From Candidatus Bathyarchaeota archaeon (GTDB lineage: Archaea; Thermoproteota; Bathyarchaeia; TCS64), in contig CAVYLP010000006.1 in NCBI GenBank assembly GCA_963769425.1, positions 320,001 through 384,000 on the forward strand: 64,000 nucleotides of DNA, written 5' to 3'. Position 1 is the stretch's first letter. The number at the start of each line of letters is the position of its first letter. Shown here in pieces: positions 18,819-28,714 of this stretch. The translations under genes and the position numbers were made by a program. The notes beneath the pieces are model-generated. The model had not been told where the DNA came from. It searched no databases and worked only from the letters and a program-made list of their open reading frames with translations.

Positions 18819-19997
18819 ATGGGCGTAGACTTGGGAATCGAGCCGGTCTGGCAATTCATAGCGAGGGCATCCTCAGCACGGGACAAGGGTGACTACCAAG
18901 AGGCCGAGTTCTACGCGCGCAAGGCCGTCTTCGCAGACCAGAGCGTCGGCGCCGCCTATGTACTCCTCTGCGAGATACTGGAAAAGCTGGGAAAGAAGGA
19001 GGAGGTGGAGAGGTGTCTCAGAGCGGGACTCGGCGCGTGCCCCGGCGACGCACCCCTCACGAGCATGAGCGCCCAGTATCTCATCAGGAATGGACGCCTC
19101 GACGACGCGGATGCATTCATCAGAAAGGCGATATCCACGGCCCCCGACGTGGCCGGGTACAGACTCCTCCTCTCCGTGATCCTTCAGCAGAAGGGGGACC
19201 TCGAACATGCAGAAGAGAGCGTGCGGAGGGCTATACTCCTCGATGACACGAGCGGCGACGCCTACTCGATGTACGGCGTCATACTCTGGAGGAAGGGATT
19301 GCACGACGAGGCGATGAGGTATGTAGCTCACGCCCTTGAACTCAAGCCACAGGACGCAAACATCCACCTCAACTATGCTATAATTCTCGAGGGCTCAGGC
19401 AAATTCACCGACGCCGAGGAGCACTACAAGAAGGCTCTGGAGCTCCACCCTGAGTGGCCCGAGGTCAAGGCTAGGTATGACAAGCTCAGGTACCGCCTAA
19501 ACGACCCCTCGGAGACGCTGAAGAAAGCGAACTCCGTCAAGGGGGAGAGCCCCGATGAGGCCGAGACGCTATACAAGAAGGCCCTGGAGATGAGGGCGGA
19601 CTCCCCCGATGCTCACAACGACTACGGCGTCTTTCTTTGGGAAAGGAAAAGACTGGTGGAATCCGAGGAGCACCTTAAGAAGGCTGCGGACCTAAAGCCG
19701 AGCTGGGTCACCCCTCAGTACAATACGGCCCTCAACCTCGTGAACCAGGGTAGGTTCTCCGACTCGGAGAACTATTTCAGGAGGACCCTGGGCCTCTACC
19801 CGGCCTTCCCCGACGGACACTTCTGGTACGCAAACGCCCTATTCAAGCTCCATCGCCTCCCCGAGGCAGAGGAGCACTACAAGAAGGCGATCGAGCTCAA
19901 ACCCGACCACAAGAAGGCGCACGAGAACTACGCCCAGCTGCTAAAGCAGCTTGGCAGACTCCCCGAGTCCGAAGAGCAGGCGAAGCTCGCTCAGTAA
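18819..19997 (+). CDS. Tetratricopeptide repeat protein
   Basis: Repeated AEEHYKKALELxP-type TPR units. Confidence 0.92.
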   Translation: MGVDLGIEPVWQFIARASSARDKGDYQEAEFYARKAVFADQSVGAAYVLLCEILEKLGKKEEVERCLRAGLGACPGDAPLTSMSAQYLIRNGRLDDADAFIRKAISTAPDVAGYRLLLSVILQQKGDLEHAEESVRRAILLDDTSGDAYSMYGVILWRKGLHDEAMRYVAHALELKPQDANIHLNYAIILEGSGKFTDAEEHYKKALELHPEWPEVKARYDKLRYRLNDPSETLKKANSVKGESPDEAETLYKKALEMRADSPDAHNDYGVFLWERKRLVESEEHLKKAADLKPSWVTPQYNTALNLVNQGRFSDSENYFRRTLGLYPAFPDGHFWYANALFKLHRLPEAEEHYKKAIELKPDHKKAHENYAQLLKQLGRLPESEEQAKLAQ

Positions 19998-21190
19998 AAG
20001 GTCGGCTGCCCCTCGTAGACGAGCTTCGGGGGCTGCATCTTCGCAGCCTCTGCCGGGGACATAATCTCGATGAGACGGTACTTTCTTGTCCCGAGCCCCA
20101 GCTCCTCGGCGTACTCCACCTGGTCGTATGGGTTCTTGAGCCCGCCCCAGATGCGCTGGAAAGGGTGCAGCTTCGCGTCGCAGCTGAAGTCTCCAATGTA
20201 GGGAGGCACCATCTCGGGGAGGAACGTGGCCTTCCCTATGAGGTCGAGGGTCGCCTCCTCGACAGCGCAGATGTCCCTACTCGCGGTGACGCCTACATCG
20301 GGGACGATCTGTGGCTGGATCATGCCGAGGCAGTTGCACTGCGGCGTGATATCCATCATGAAGTTGAAGAAGAACCTCTTCTCGCGGTCGAAGTGACTAA
20401 GTATCTCCTCCGTCGTGAGGGCCATGAGCCTGCTGAAGGCCTGGAAGAACTCGGGCTTGATCTCGATGCACCCGACGCCCTCGTCCGCCTCAAGGCACTT
20501 GAGGCAGTTGGTGTTGGTGCAGGTACCCTCCATGAGGCTTAGTTTGTGCTTCTTGGCGTCATACTTTAGCGCGCCCCTGGGGCAAGACTTAACGAGCTCC
20601 TCAGCGTGGGCGGGGGTACACTTGTCGGCGTCCCACCAACTGACGCTGTTCTCGACGCCGTGCATCTTGTGCCAGCGACTGCCCGCGGCGAGTCCGCCGA
20701 TGGCGAGGTTCTTTATCGCCCCTCCGTAGCCGCTCACGGCGTGCCCCTTCGCATGGCTCACATCGATTAGAACATCCGCGTCGTGGAGTACCCCTGCGAA
20801 CCCGATCTCGCCGACGCCGCCGAACTCGAAGTCGCTGTGGTAGACGTACCTGTCCTTGATCCCCGCAATGGGGATGAGGGGGCAGCCGCACGTCTCGCTA
20901 GTGTAGCCGCGGTCGACCGCGTTGTAGATGGCCGTAGGGTTGTCGGTCACAAACGGGTAACCGCCCGCTTCCTTGACGGCTTTAACGATCTTGCGAACGA
21001 AGTAGACGGGGACGGTCTGGAAGTCGTCCTCGAAGCCCATGTGCATCTTAAGGGCCACCTTGTCACCCTTCTTGATGGTACAGAAGTCGAGCTGCCTGAT
21101 CATCTCGTCGAACTTGGCGCCGAGGCTGGCGAACCGCGCCGCCTGCCCGTGGATCATCGACCCGTACCAGACGGTGGAAGTCTTTACCAT
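19991..21190 (-). CDS. DUF362 iron-sulfur protein
   Basis: KVALKMHMG, SHAKGH.SGYGGAIKNLAIG, DITPQCNC and ASRDICAVE. Confidence 0.85.
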   Translation of the reverse strand: MVKTSTVWYGSMIHGQAARFASLGAKFDEMIRQLDFCTIKKGDKVALKMHMGFEDDFQTVPVYFVRKIVKAVKEAGGYPFVTDNPTAIYNAVDRGYTSETCGCPLIPIAGIKDRYVYHSDFEFGGVGEIGFAGVLHDADVLIDVSHAKGHAVSGYGGAIKNLAIGGLAAGSRWHKMHGVENSVSWWDADKCTPAHAEELVKSCPRGALKYDAKKHKLSLMEGTCTNTNCLKCLEADEGVGCIEIKPEFFQAFSRLMALTTEEILSHFDREKRFFFNFMMDITPQCNCLGMIQPQIVPDVGVTASRDICAVEEATLDLIGKATFLPEMVPPYIGDFSCDAKLHPFQRIWGGLKNPYDQVEYAEELGLGTRKYRLIEIMSPAEAAKMQPPKLVYEGQPTFY

Positions 21191-21284
21191 GGAGACACCT
21201 GAATTGAAGGAAGGGACATTTCGGGCTTAATAAAGAAAATCATACGCCGAAAGCGGTTTTCAGTTTCCCGGGGACCGCGTGGAG

Positions 21285-21677
21285 CTAGACGAGCTTGAGG
21301 TTGACCCTGATCTCGGGCGTGTTCTTGATGGTGTTGCTCACGAAGCAGCGCCCCGCCTCCCTTAGGATCTCTAACCTCTGTTCCTCGGTGAGGTCCGCCT
21401 CAAGCTCCACCTCCATCGAGATCTCGGTGGCGCGGTTCATGTCCTTACTCACCTTTGGCCTGACGTTTACCCGGATCGCGCCGGCCTCCCACCCCCTGTT
21501 CTTCATCTGCTCGGCTACGCGCGTCCCAGTGCAGAGCCCGATCGCGGCGAAGAGGACGGCACCCGCCGCCATACCCTCAGGCTGGGAGTCATCACTCACC
21601 CTCCCCGTGATTATCTCGAAGCCGCCGACTGTGGCCTTGAACTTGGTTCCCTCTATCCTCTCGATCTTGGCGCTCAT
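21285..21677 (-). CDS. OsmC family protein
   Basis: AAIGLCTG...GRCFVSNTI two-Cys OsmC signature. Confidence 0.85.
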   Translation of the reverse strand: MSAKIERIEGTKFKATVGGFEIITGRVSDDSQPEGMAAGAVLFAAIGLCTGTRVAEQMKNRGWEAGAIRVNVRPKVSKDMNRATEISMEVELEADLTEEQRLEILREAGRCFVSNTIKNTPEIRVNLKLV

Positions 21678-21717
21678 GGCTGTTGAAAAAGGGGCTGGGC
21701 CGTATGAATCTTTGCGG

Positions 21718-22893
21718 CTACGCCTTGGCGAGGGCCTGGTCGAGGTCCTCGATTATGTCGTCGACGTCCTCTATGCCGACGCTGAAGCGGACGAGGCCGT
21801 CGGTTATGCCAGCCTTGATGCGGTCCGCCTTGGGGACGACGGCGTGCGTCATCGTCGCCGGATGGCTGATCAGGGTCTCGACGGCGCCGAGGCTGACGGC
21901 GAGGCTGCAGAGCTTGACGTTGTTCATCACCTTGCGCCCCGCATCTATCCCTCCCTTAAGCTCGAAGCTCATCATGCTGCCGAAGCCGTCCATCTGCCTC
22001 TTCGCGAGGGTGTACTGCGGGTGGCTCTTGAGCCCTGGGTACTTGACCCACTCCACCTTGGGGTGGTCCTCGAGCCACTTGGCGATCTTCTCCGCGCTCT
22101 CGGTCTGGCGCTGCATCCTGACGTGGAGCGTCTTTATGCCGCGTAGTGTGAGCCACGCTTCGAATGGGCCGAGGTTCGCGCCCATGTTCTTGTACATGGG
22201 GTCCATCGCCTTCAGGAACTCCTTCGAGCCGACGATGGCTCCGCCGAGGACGTCACTGTGCCCGCTGAGACTCTTCGTGATGCTGTGGACGACGACATCG
22301 ATGCCGTGCTCCAGTGGGCGCTGCAGGTAAGGGGACATGAACGTGTTGTCCGCCATCGTAGTTATGCCGTGAGCCTTCGCGATCTTGGCGACGGCCTTCA
22401 TGTCGGTGAGCTTCATCATCGGGTTCGACGGTGTCTCGATGTAGATTAGCTTCGTATTGGGCTTGATCGCCTTCTCGACGGCCTTGAGGTCACTCGTGTC
22501 GACGAGCGTGCACTCGACTCCGTAGCCCTTGAGTATGTCAGTGAAGACCTTGTGGGTTCCCCCGTAGAGGGCGTCCCCCGCGAGTATGTGGTCCCCGGAC
22601 TTGCATACTGCCATAGCTGCTGTGCTGATGGCCGCCATGCCGGATGCTGTTGCGCGGCAGTCCTCGCCCCCCTCCAGGGCGGCGATGCTCTCCTCCAACG
22701 CCCTCACCGTGGGGTTGCCTAGCCGGCTGTAGATGTAGCCGCTCTCCTTCCCCGCGAACCGCGCGGCGCCCTGCTCCGCGTTCTGGAAGACAAACGTCGA
22801 TGAGGCGTAGATCGGGACCGAGACCGCGCCGGTCGCGGGATCGGGGTGCTGACCAGCGTGCACTGCCATAGTTGCGAACTTCTCTTTACCCAT
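21718..22893 (-). CDS. Methionine gamma-lyase / Cys-Met PLP enzyme
   Basis: YSRLGNPT, ETPSNP, DNTF, HSITKSLSGHSD and AVSLG. Confidence 0.92.
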   Translation of the reverse strand: MGKEKFATMAVHAGQHPDPATGAVSVPIYASSTFVFQNAEQGAARFAGKESGYIYSRLGNPTVRALEESIAALEGGEDCRATASGMAAISTAAMAVCKSGDHILAGDALYGGTHKVFTDILKGYGVECTLVDTSDLKAVEKAIKPNTKLIYIETPSNPMMKLTDMKAVAKIAKAHGITTMADNTFMSPYLQRPLEHGIDVVVHSITKSLSGHSDVLGGAIVGSKEFLKAMDPMYKNMGANLGPFEAWLTLRGIKTLHVRMQRQTESAEKIAKWLEDHPKVEWVKYPGLKSHPQYTLAKRQMDGFGSMMSFELKGGIDAGRKVMNNVKLCSLAVSLGAVETLISHPATMTHAVVPKADRIKAGITDGLVRFSVGIEDVDDIIEDLDQALAKA

Positions 22894-23011
22894 ACGACCA
22901 CTGACCCTATTCCAGCAATAATAATATCATCTCCGAGATAATGCCTTCTAGACGCAGACGCAGAAGACCCCCTCTTTTATACACAGTCGCTCGGATTCAT
23001 CTTGGTTCACA

Positions 23012-23554
23012 TTGAAGGTTCTAGGCATTCTGGGCGGAGCCAACAGGAACGGTAACACGGCCAGGCTCGTTGAAGAGGTCCTCGCGGGTGCGAGAGAGGC
23101 GGGGCACGAGACGGTCCTCATTAAGCTCGTCGACGAAAAGATCGGTCACATCGGCTACAGTAAGGGGGAGTCCACGTTCCCAAAGGACGACTTTGACTCT
23201 ATCAAGCCCCACCTTGAGACCATGGGGGCCATCGTCATCGGCGCACCAATATGGTACAGCACCGTCGACTCACGCACACACGCCTTCATCCAGCGCCTCT
23301 ACTACTACAGCAGCTACTACAGCGAGGAGAACAGGAAGAGGTGGCCCACGGGCGTCAAAGCCGTGAACATCATCACCTACGCCCAGAGCGACCCACACTA
23401 CTACGACCAAGTCCTCGCTTGGCTCAAGACCATCGAGAAGGACTACGGCATGAAGGGCATCAAGGAGATCGTCGCCGAGAACACTGGTGAGAAGCCGGTC
23501 GAGACCCGCAAGGACCTTCTGAAAAAAGCCGGTGAGATAGGCAAGAAGCTCTAG
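23012..23554 (+). CDS. Flavodoxin-fold (Isf/WrbA-like) flavoprotein lacking the Fe-S Cys motif
   Basis: GGANRNGNTARL, DDFDSI, GAPIWYS; the protein contains no Cys. Confidence 0.8.
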   Translation: MKVLGILGGANRNGNTARLVEEVLAGAREAGHETVLIKLVDEKIGHIGYSKGESTFPKDDFDSIKPHLETMGAIVIGAPIWYSTVDSRTHAFIQRLYYYSSYYSEENRKRWPTGVKAVNIITYAQSDPHYYDQVLAWLKTIEKDYGMKGIKEIVAENTGEKPVETRKDLLKKAGEIGKKL

Positions 23555-23576
23555 TGAGACCTATCTCAAGAGGGTG

Positions 23577-23969
23577 TCAGAAGGTCTTTATCTCGTAGTT
23601 GAAGCGGGGCAGCCCCCGCATCGTGTTCGCGACGTAGCATCGCTTAACCTCAGCGAGTAGCCCCTCTACCTGCTTCGCGTCGAGATTCGCACCCACCTTC
23701 ACTGTGATGTTGAACCCGAGCGCCCGGCTGGGCTCCTTCTCGTTCATGTCGTCTACCTCAATCAGGAGGCTGGTCGCCTCGATCTTCTGTCTCTTCAGGT
23801 ACATGGAGGCGTGGAATGCGCTGCAGAGCCCCAAGCTAGCCACCATGAGCTTCCCCGGGGACATGCCAATCGGAGGCGTCTGCGCGTCGAGCCTCCCGCT
23901 CAGGACCTCGTAGCCCTCCGACTCGGCCCTGAACTGGTCGCCGTCGAGCCGCGTTATCTTAACTGTCAT
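23577..23969 (-). CDS. OsmC family protein
   Basis: GMSPGKLMVASLGLCSA...KRCYVANTM. Confidence 0.85.
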   Translation of the reverse strand: MTVKITRLDGDQFRAESEGYEVLSGRLDAQTPPIGMSPGKLMVASLGLCSAFHASMYLKRQKIEATSLLIEVDDMNEKEPSRALGFNITVKVGANLDAKQVEGLLAEVKRCYVANTMRGLPRFNYEIKTF

Positions 23970-24062
23970 GGATATCGCGGATCATGGGGTGAACGAGAAT
24001 AAGTACCTTGCCGGTTGAATGGTGAAACATTTATGTGGGGTTCGACCGCTTTCAGGTGGTGT

Positions 24063-24140
24063 GCCCTGGTAGCTCAGCCTGGCTAGAGCGGCAGCCTTGT
24101 AAGCTGTAGGTCACGGGTCCAAATCCCGTCTAGGGCTCCA
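24063..24140 (+). tRNA. tRNA-Thr(UGU), CCA encoded
   Basis: GCCCTGG/CTAGGGC-T-CCA acceptor; GCAGC-CT-TGT-AA-GCTGT anticodon arm; T-loop TCCAAAT. Confidence 0.93.
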
Positions 24141-24144
24141 ACTT

Positions 24145-24801
24145 CTACGCAAGTGTCAGCTGCCTGCCACGGGGCTGTTGCTTCGCCGGGTCGGGCTTCG
24201 ACCTTAGAATCGGTGCCGGCTTCGGCTCAGTATTCACACGAGGTTTAGTGACGGGTGGTGCCTCGACCTTTGCTGTGGGCTTGGTCTTTGTCGGTTTCGG
24301 CTTATCGGCATTGGCGGTTCTCCCAGCCTTAACGGTCTTGACTGCCTTCACCGTCTTCGCGGCCTTCTTCTTCGGAGACCTCTTGGCCTTCTTGGGCTTC
24401 TCCACCTTCTTCCCCCGCGTCTTCTCCGGCTTCTCCTCCTTAGCCGCTACCTTCGGGGGGTTGACGAGGTCCACCTTGTCCGGGTGGTTCATCGCGACGT
24501 GCTTCCTGAGGCCGGACTCGCTGTTCATGATCTTCCCGCAGACGGGGCAGGGGAGGCTCACGGATACGAACTCGACGTCCTTTCCGAGGTACTCGCGTCG
24601 GAACTTCGCGGAGAGGCGCTCGGCCTCCTCGTAGCTGATCCTCCCCTCGGTCTTGATGGCTATACCAATCGTTATGTTGAAGGAGTCGTGCCTGTCGCTG
24701 TCCCTGATAACTCCGATCTCCCTAACCGGGCCCTTCAGCTTGAGGTCGTCCGCCACCCTGCTCCCTTCAGAACGCTCGCTATGTGTAGCTGAATCGGCCA
24801 A
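24145..24801 (-). CDS. C2H2 zinc-finger protein with Lys/Ala/Pro-rich tail
   Basis: CPVCGKIMNSESGLRKHVAMNH followed by about 100 aa of basic low-complexity sequence. Confidence 0.8.
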   Translation of the reverse strand: MADSATHSERSEGSRVADDLKLKGPVREIGVIRDSDRHDSFNITIGIAIKTEGRISYEEAERLSAKFRREYLGKDVEFVSVSLPCPVCGKIMNSESGLRKHVAMNHPDKVDLVNPPKVAAKEEKPEKTRGKKVEKPKKAKRSPKKKAAKTVKAVKTVKAGRTANADKPKPTKTKPTAKVEAPPVTKPRVNTEPKPAPILRSKPDPAKQQPRGRQLTLA

Positions 24802-24902
24802 GGGCTTAAAAGCGTGTCTTTCACTGCGACAGTCTCAGTTAATAAAAATCCTTTGGGACAATCACGCTTGGTGAAAATGGTCTCGGAAACAGGGTAAGAC
24901 GC

Positions 24903-25967
24903 CTACTTCTTGTAGGCGCCATACTTCCAGACGGCCCTGCCGACGGCGTTGTAGTTGGCGATCGGCATGTCCGAGTGGACCGTGCAGCCTGGGCCGAGCA
25001 TGAATCCGCCGCCCTCGGCGCAGTCGTCGATCGCCTTCTTCGTTGCGTCTTCGATCTGCTTCGGTGTCCCCTTCCTGAGGGTCTCCTCGTGGTCGAGCCC
25101 GCCGCAGATGGCGAACTTGTCCTTGTAGAGTTCCTTGCCTTTCTTGGCGGGGGTCCAGGATTGGCTCGCCCAGTTGATGGTATTGACCGGGTACTTCTTG
25201 AACCAGCCAGCCTCCATCAGCTTCTCCGGGGTTCCTTCGGAGGTGCTGCAGATGTGCATGAACTTTATGGGGCACTTCACGGCGTCGAGTACCTTCTTGT
25301 CGTAGCTGAGTGCGTACTCCTCCAGCTGTTTCTGGTCGAGTGCCTTCCAGATGCGGCCTCCTCCTCCGATCCCGAAGAAGATCCCTGTGGCACCCGCGTC
25401 GATGCAAGCTTTGGTGAACTCTATCGTGGTGTCGGTGATGGTCTTTATGCCTTGCTTTAGGGTGTCTGGGTTCTCCTTCATGTCCTTGAGGACCTGGTCT
25501 GGAGTCGAGACGCCGTTCATGGCCTGGATGATTGGACTGGGGATGGTGTAGATGAAGGGGACCCTGCGTAGGTCACGCGCCAGTATCTCGTTGGTCCTGA
25601 CGAACTCGCGGAGCTCCTTCTTGGGATCGAGGACCCAGAGCTTCTCCCAGTCCTTTGTCTTCTTCACGGCGACCTCCTTGGTGTCGGCCTCCTCCTCGTT
25701 GTTTATGAACTCGAACTTGCTCCCCCACTGCATCGCCATGAAGCGGTAGTGGGGAGTGACCTTGAGCATGTCCATGTTGTAGTCGAGCTCCCTCAGGAGG
25801 GCGATGTGCGCCTTAGCGGACTCCTCGCCGTTGCGCGATGCCTTCTCCCAGCTGTAGCCGTTTAGCCACTTGCATGCAGGGAAGTGGCCCCAGATCGCCC
25901 ATGGGACGCGGTCAGGAACCTTGCGTTGCATGACCGCCAAGACGCGGTCGAATCTCTCAGACTCCAT
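24903..25967 (-). CDS. Uroporphyrinogen decarboxylase superfamily protein (URO-D/MtaA-like)
   Basis: PDRVPWAIWGHF, MHICS and GGGFMLGPGCTV. Confidence 0.85.
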   Translation of the reverse strand: MESERFDRVLAVMQRKVPDRVPWAIWGHFPACKWLNGYSWEKASRNGEESAKAHIALLRELDYNMDMLKVTPHYRFMAMQWGSKFEFINNEEEADTKEVAVKKTKDWEKLWVLDPKKELREFVRTNEILARDLRRVPFIYTIPSPIIQAMNGVSTPDQVLKDMKENPDTLKQGIKTITDTTIEFTKACIDAGATGIFFGIGGGGRIWKALDQKQLEEYALSYDKKVLDAVKCPIKFMHICSTSEGTPEKLMEAGWFKKYPVNTINWASQSWTPAKKGKELYKDKFAICGGLDHEETLRKGTPKQIEDATKKAIDDCAEGGGFMLGPGCTVHSDMPIANYNAVGRAVWKYGAYKK

Positions 25968-26074
25968 CTCAGATCGTAGAGGATAGGGAGGCACTAACCA
26001 TAAAAAGGCGTCCCCGGCGTCGGTAACCTGTATAAATCACCTCGACACTGGCTTCATCATTCTGTGATCCCTAA

Positions 26075-27217
26075 ATGAAATACAGAAAGTTCGGCAAGCT
26101 AGACTGGAAGCCCTCGGCCCTCGGCTTCGGAGCCATGAGGCTCCCCATACTCGACGGCGACGCGGGCAAGATCGACGAGCCCCTCGCCATTGACATGATC
26201 AGGTACGCCATCGACAATGGCGTCAACTACGTCGACTCCGCCTACCCCTACCACAAGGGGCAGAGCGAACTTGTCGTCGGAAAGGCACTCAGGGACGGAT
26301 ATCGTGAGAAGGTTAAACTCGCCACGAAGATGCCCTGCTGGCTCGTCAACACCGCCGACGATTTCGATAAGTACTTTGACGAGCAGCTGAAGAAGCTACA
26401 GACGGACCACATCGACTTCTACCTCCTACACGGGCTGGGGAAGGAGAGGTGGCCGAAGGTCAGGGACCTCGGCGTCCTAAGGTGGGCGGAGAAGAAGCTC
26501 AATGAGGGCAAGATCGGGCACCTGGGCTTCAGTTTCCACGACGAGCTCCCCGCCTTCAAGGAGATCGTGGACGCCCACGACTGGACCTTCTGCCAGATAC
26601 AGTACAACTACATGGACACGAACTACCAAGCGGGGACCGAGGGACTCCACTACGCCGCGAAGAGGGGGCTCGCCGTCGTCGTCATGGAGCCCATCGCTGG
26701 TGGACGCCTCGCCGTCAATCCACCCGAGGGTATAAAGAAGCTCTGGAGGGAGGGACACCACCGCTGGAAGCCCGCCGAGTGGGCGCTCCAGTGGGTCTGG
26801 AACCAGCCCGAGGTAAGCCTCCTACTAAGCGGCATGAGCGCCATGCAGCACGTTGAGGAGAACGTGAAGGCGGCGGACAGAAGCGGCGTCGGCAAGCTCA
26901 CGAAGGGGGATCTCCGCCTCGTAGATAGTGTAGCCAACAAGTACAGGGAGATGGGGTTCGTCGGCTGCACCGGCTGCAGGTATTGCTCCCCCTGCCCCAG
27001 CGGCGTCGCCATCCCCGAGGTCTTCTCCCTCTTCAACGAGTTCTACATGAAGGATAGGGACCCGGTGGTTAAGGCGAAGTACAAGGAGCAACTCAAGCCT
27101 GAGCAGTGGGCGAAGAACTGCACGAGCTGCGGCAGATGCGAGGATCTCTGCCCGCAGCACCTGCCCATCAGGACGTTGCTACGCGGCGCGGTGGATGCCC
27201 TAGAGAGGGAAAGGTAA
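26075..27217 (+). CDS. Aldo/keto reductase with C-terminal 4Fe-4S dicluster
   Basis: LGFGAMRLP, DSAYPY, CTGCRYCSPCP and CTSCGRCEDLCPQ. Confidence 0.93.
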   Translation: MKYRKFGKLDWKPSALGFGAMRLPILDGDAGKIDEPLAIDMIRYAIDNGVNYVDSAYPYHKGQSELVVGKALRDGYREKVKLATKMPCWLVNTADDFDKYFDEQLKKLQTDHIDFYLLHGLGKERWPKVRDLGVLRWAEKKLNEGKIGHLGFSFHDELPAFKEIVDAHDWTFCQIQYNYMDTNYQAGTEGLHYAAKRGLAVVVMEPIAGGRLAVNPPEGIKKLWREGHHRWKPAEWALQWVWNQPEVSLLLSGMSAMQHVEENVKAADRSGVGKLTKGDLRLVDSVANKYREMGFVGCTGCRYCSPCPSGVAIPEVFSLFNEFYMKDRDPVVKAKYKEQLKPEQWAKNCTSCGRCEDLCPQHLPIRTLLRGAVDALERER

Positions 27218-27275
27218 CGACCACAACGCACAGGCGGTCTTTCCGCCAGAATATTCACCCTGAAGGTCGTTTGGT

Positions 27276-28503
27276 CTACTCCTTGACCTTCCTGATTCCC
27301 CTCTTTGACGAAGGCAAACCCCACAACGGACGCCAGCGCCGAGGCAGTCAGGAACCACCAGCCCCATGAGTAGGAGCCCGTCGCGTCGATTATCAGGCCA
27401 AAGATCGGCGGGCCGATGATATTCCCGATGAGCCCGATCATGTTAGAGTACCCGACGGCGATCCCTGCGTTTTCCCTCCCCGCGAACTCGGAGACGAGTA
27501 CGAAGTTCAGCCCACCCCACCCGAGGGCGGAGAAGCCGAACAGCGCGAATATGACAGATAGCACGATGAACGGGGTGCTCGAGGAGATGAACTGCATGAG
27601 TATCGAGAAGAAGAAGGACAATATCGCGGCGAGGAGCAGCGGCCTCTTCCTGCTTCCCCCGAACAGCCGATCGCTCATTGCACCAAGGACCGGTTTACCT
27701 ATGGCACCGCCCGCGTTCACTATAGCGAGGTAGCCGCCAGCGAGGGCTACTGATATGCCGACGATCTCCTTCAGATATATGATTAGGTAGGTCGTCATCG
27801 CGAACTGCACCATCATTAGCCCGACGCATGAGAGGCTGATGAGGAGGATGTTGTGGTCGAGCATCATTTTGAGGGCGGCTTTCCTGTTCGGCTTCACCGA
27901 CTTCGTAGGCGCCACGTCGACCAGAGTGTTCGGCGCGTCCCTGTAGAGGGTGTAGGCGAGTATAGCGATCAGTATGGTTACGATTCCGATGGCGACGAAC
28001 CCGATGCGCCATCCGTAGAGTATAGCGACGGTGGGGAGTGTCGCGGCGGTGATCATGCCCCCCACGTTGACGGCGGTCTGGTTGATCCCGATGGTCGTCC
28101 CCCGCTCCTTGATGGGAAACCAGGTCAGCAGAGCCTTCGTGGAGACCGTGGGGAAGGCGCCGCACCCGAAGCCCGCCACGATGAGGAGCAGCATCGCGGT
28201 GGAGAAGCTATTGACGAGGTACATCCCGAGGACGAGCGCCCCCGCGAAGCTGGTGCCGAGAAGTATCATCTTCCTCACGCCGAGGTCGTCGACGAGCCAC
28301 CCCGCGGGTATCTGGGCCACCGTGTATCCCACCGCCACCGCGGAAGCGAGGAGACCTACGTCAAACCGGGAGAGGCTCAGGTCGTCCACGATGAAGGTGG
28401 AGAGCGGAGGGACAGCGTTCCTGATTAGGTAGACACTCATGTAGGTGAGCCACGTCACGCCGAGGACTACCCAACGGTAGCGTCGGACATCCGCGGAGGC
28501 CAA
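27276..28503 (-). CDS. MFS transporter (true stop probably 27276; the ORF-track extension is an indel read-through)
   Basis: About 12 TM; GWLVDDLGVRK, WFPIKERG and GAMSDRLFGG. Confidence 0.9.
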
Positions 28504-28714
28504 TTCGAATCCCTTTCAAACCCGGCGCCGGATATAAAACTGTATTTTGCCTGAAAATCGCGAAAAGGGAGGATTTGAGCCCTTTTAAGGGATACGGGTT
28601 CTTTCAGGATGTATTGAGCCCCTTTCCTCGATGAAGGGCTCTAAGAAGGCTTATTAGCTTAAGACACTCCACCGCTTCTATTTCGTCTAGAGGAGGTGCT
28701 CAGCCACGGGGACA

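Noticed and set aside
27043-27275. Long antisense overlap of the MFS C-terminus with the aldo/keto reductase (similarly GT2 at 6048-6167)
   Set aside because: A one-base shift gives a natural stop (EGIRKVKE* at 27276), so the extension is probably an artefact.
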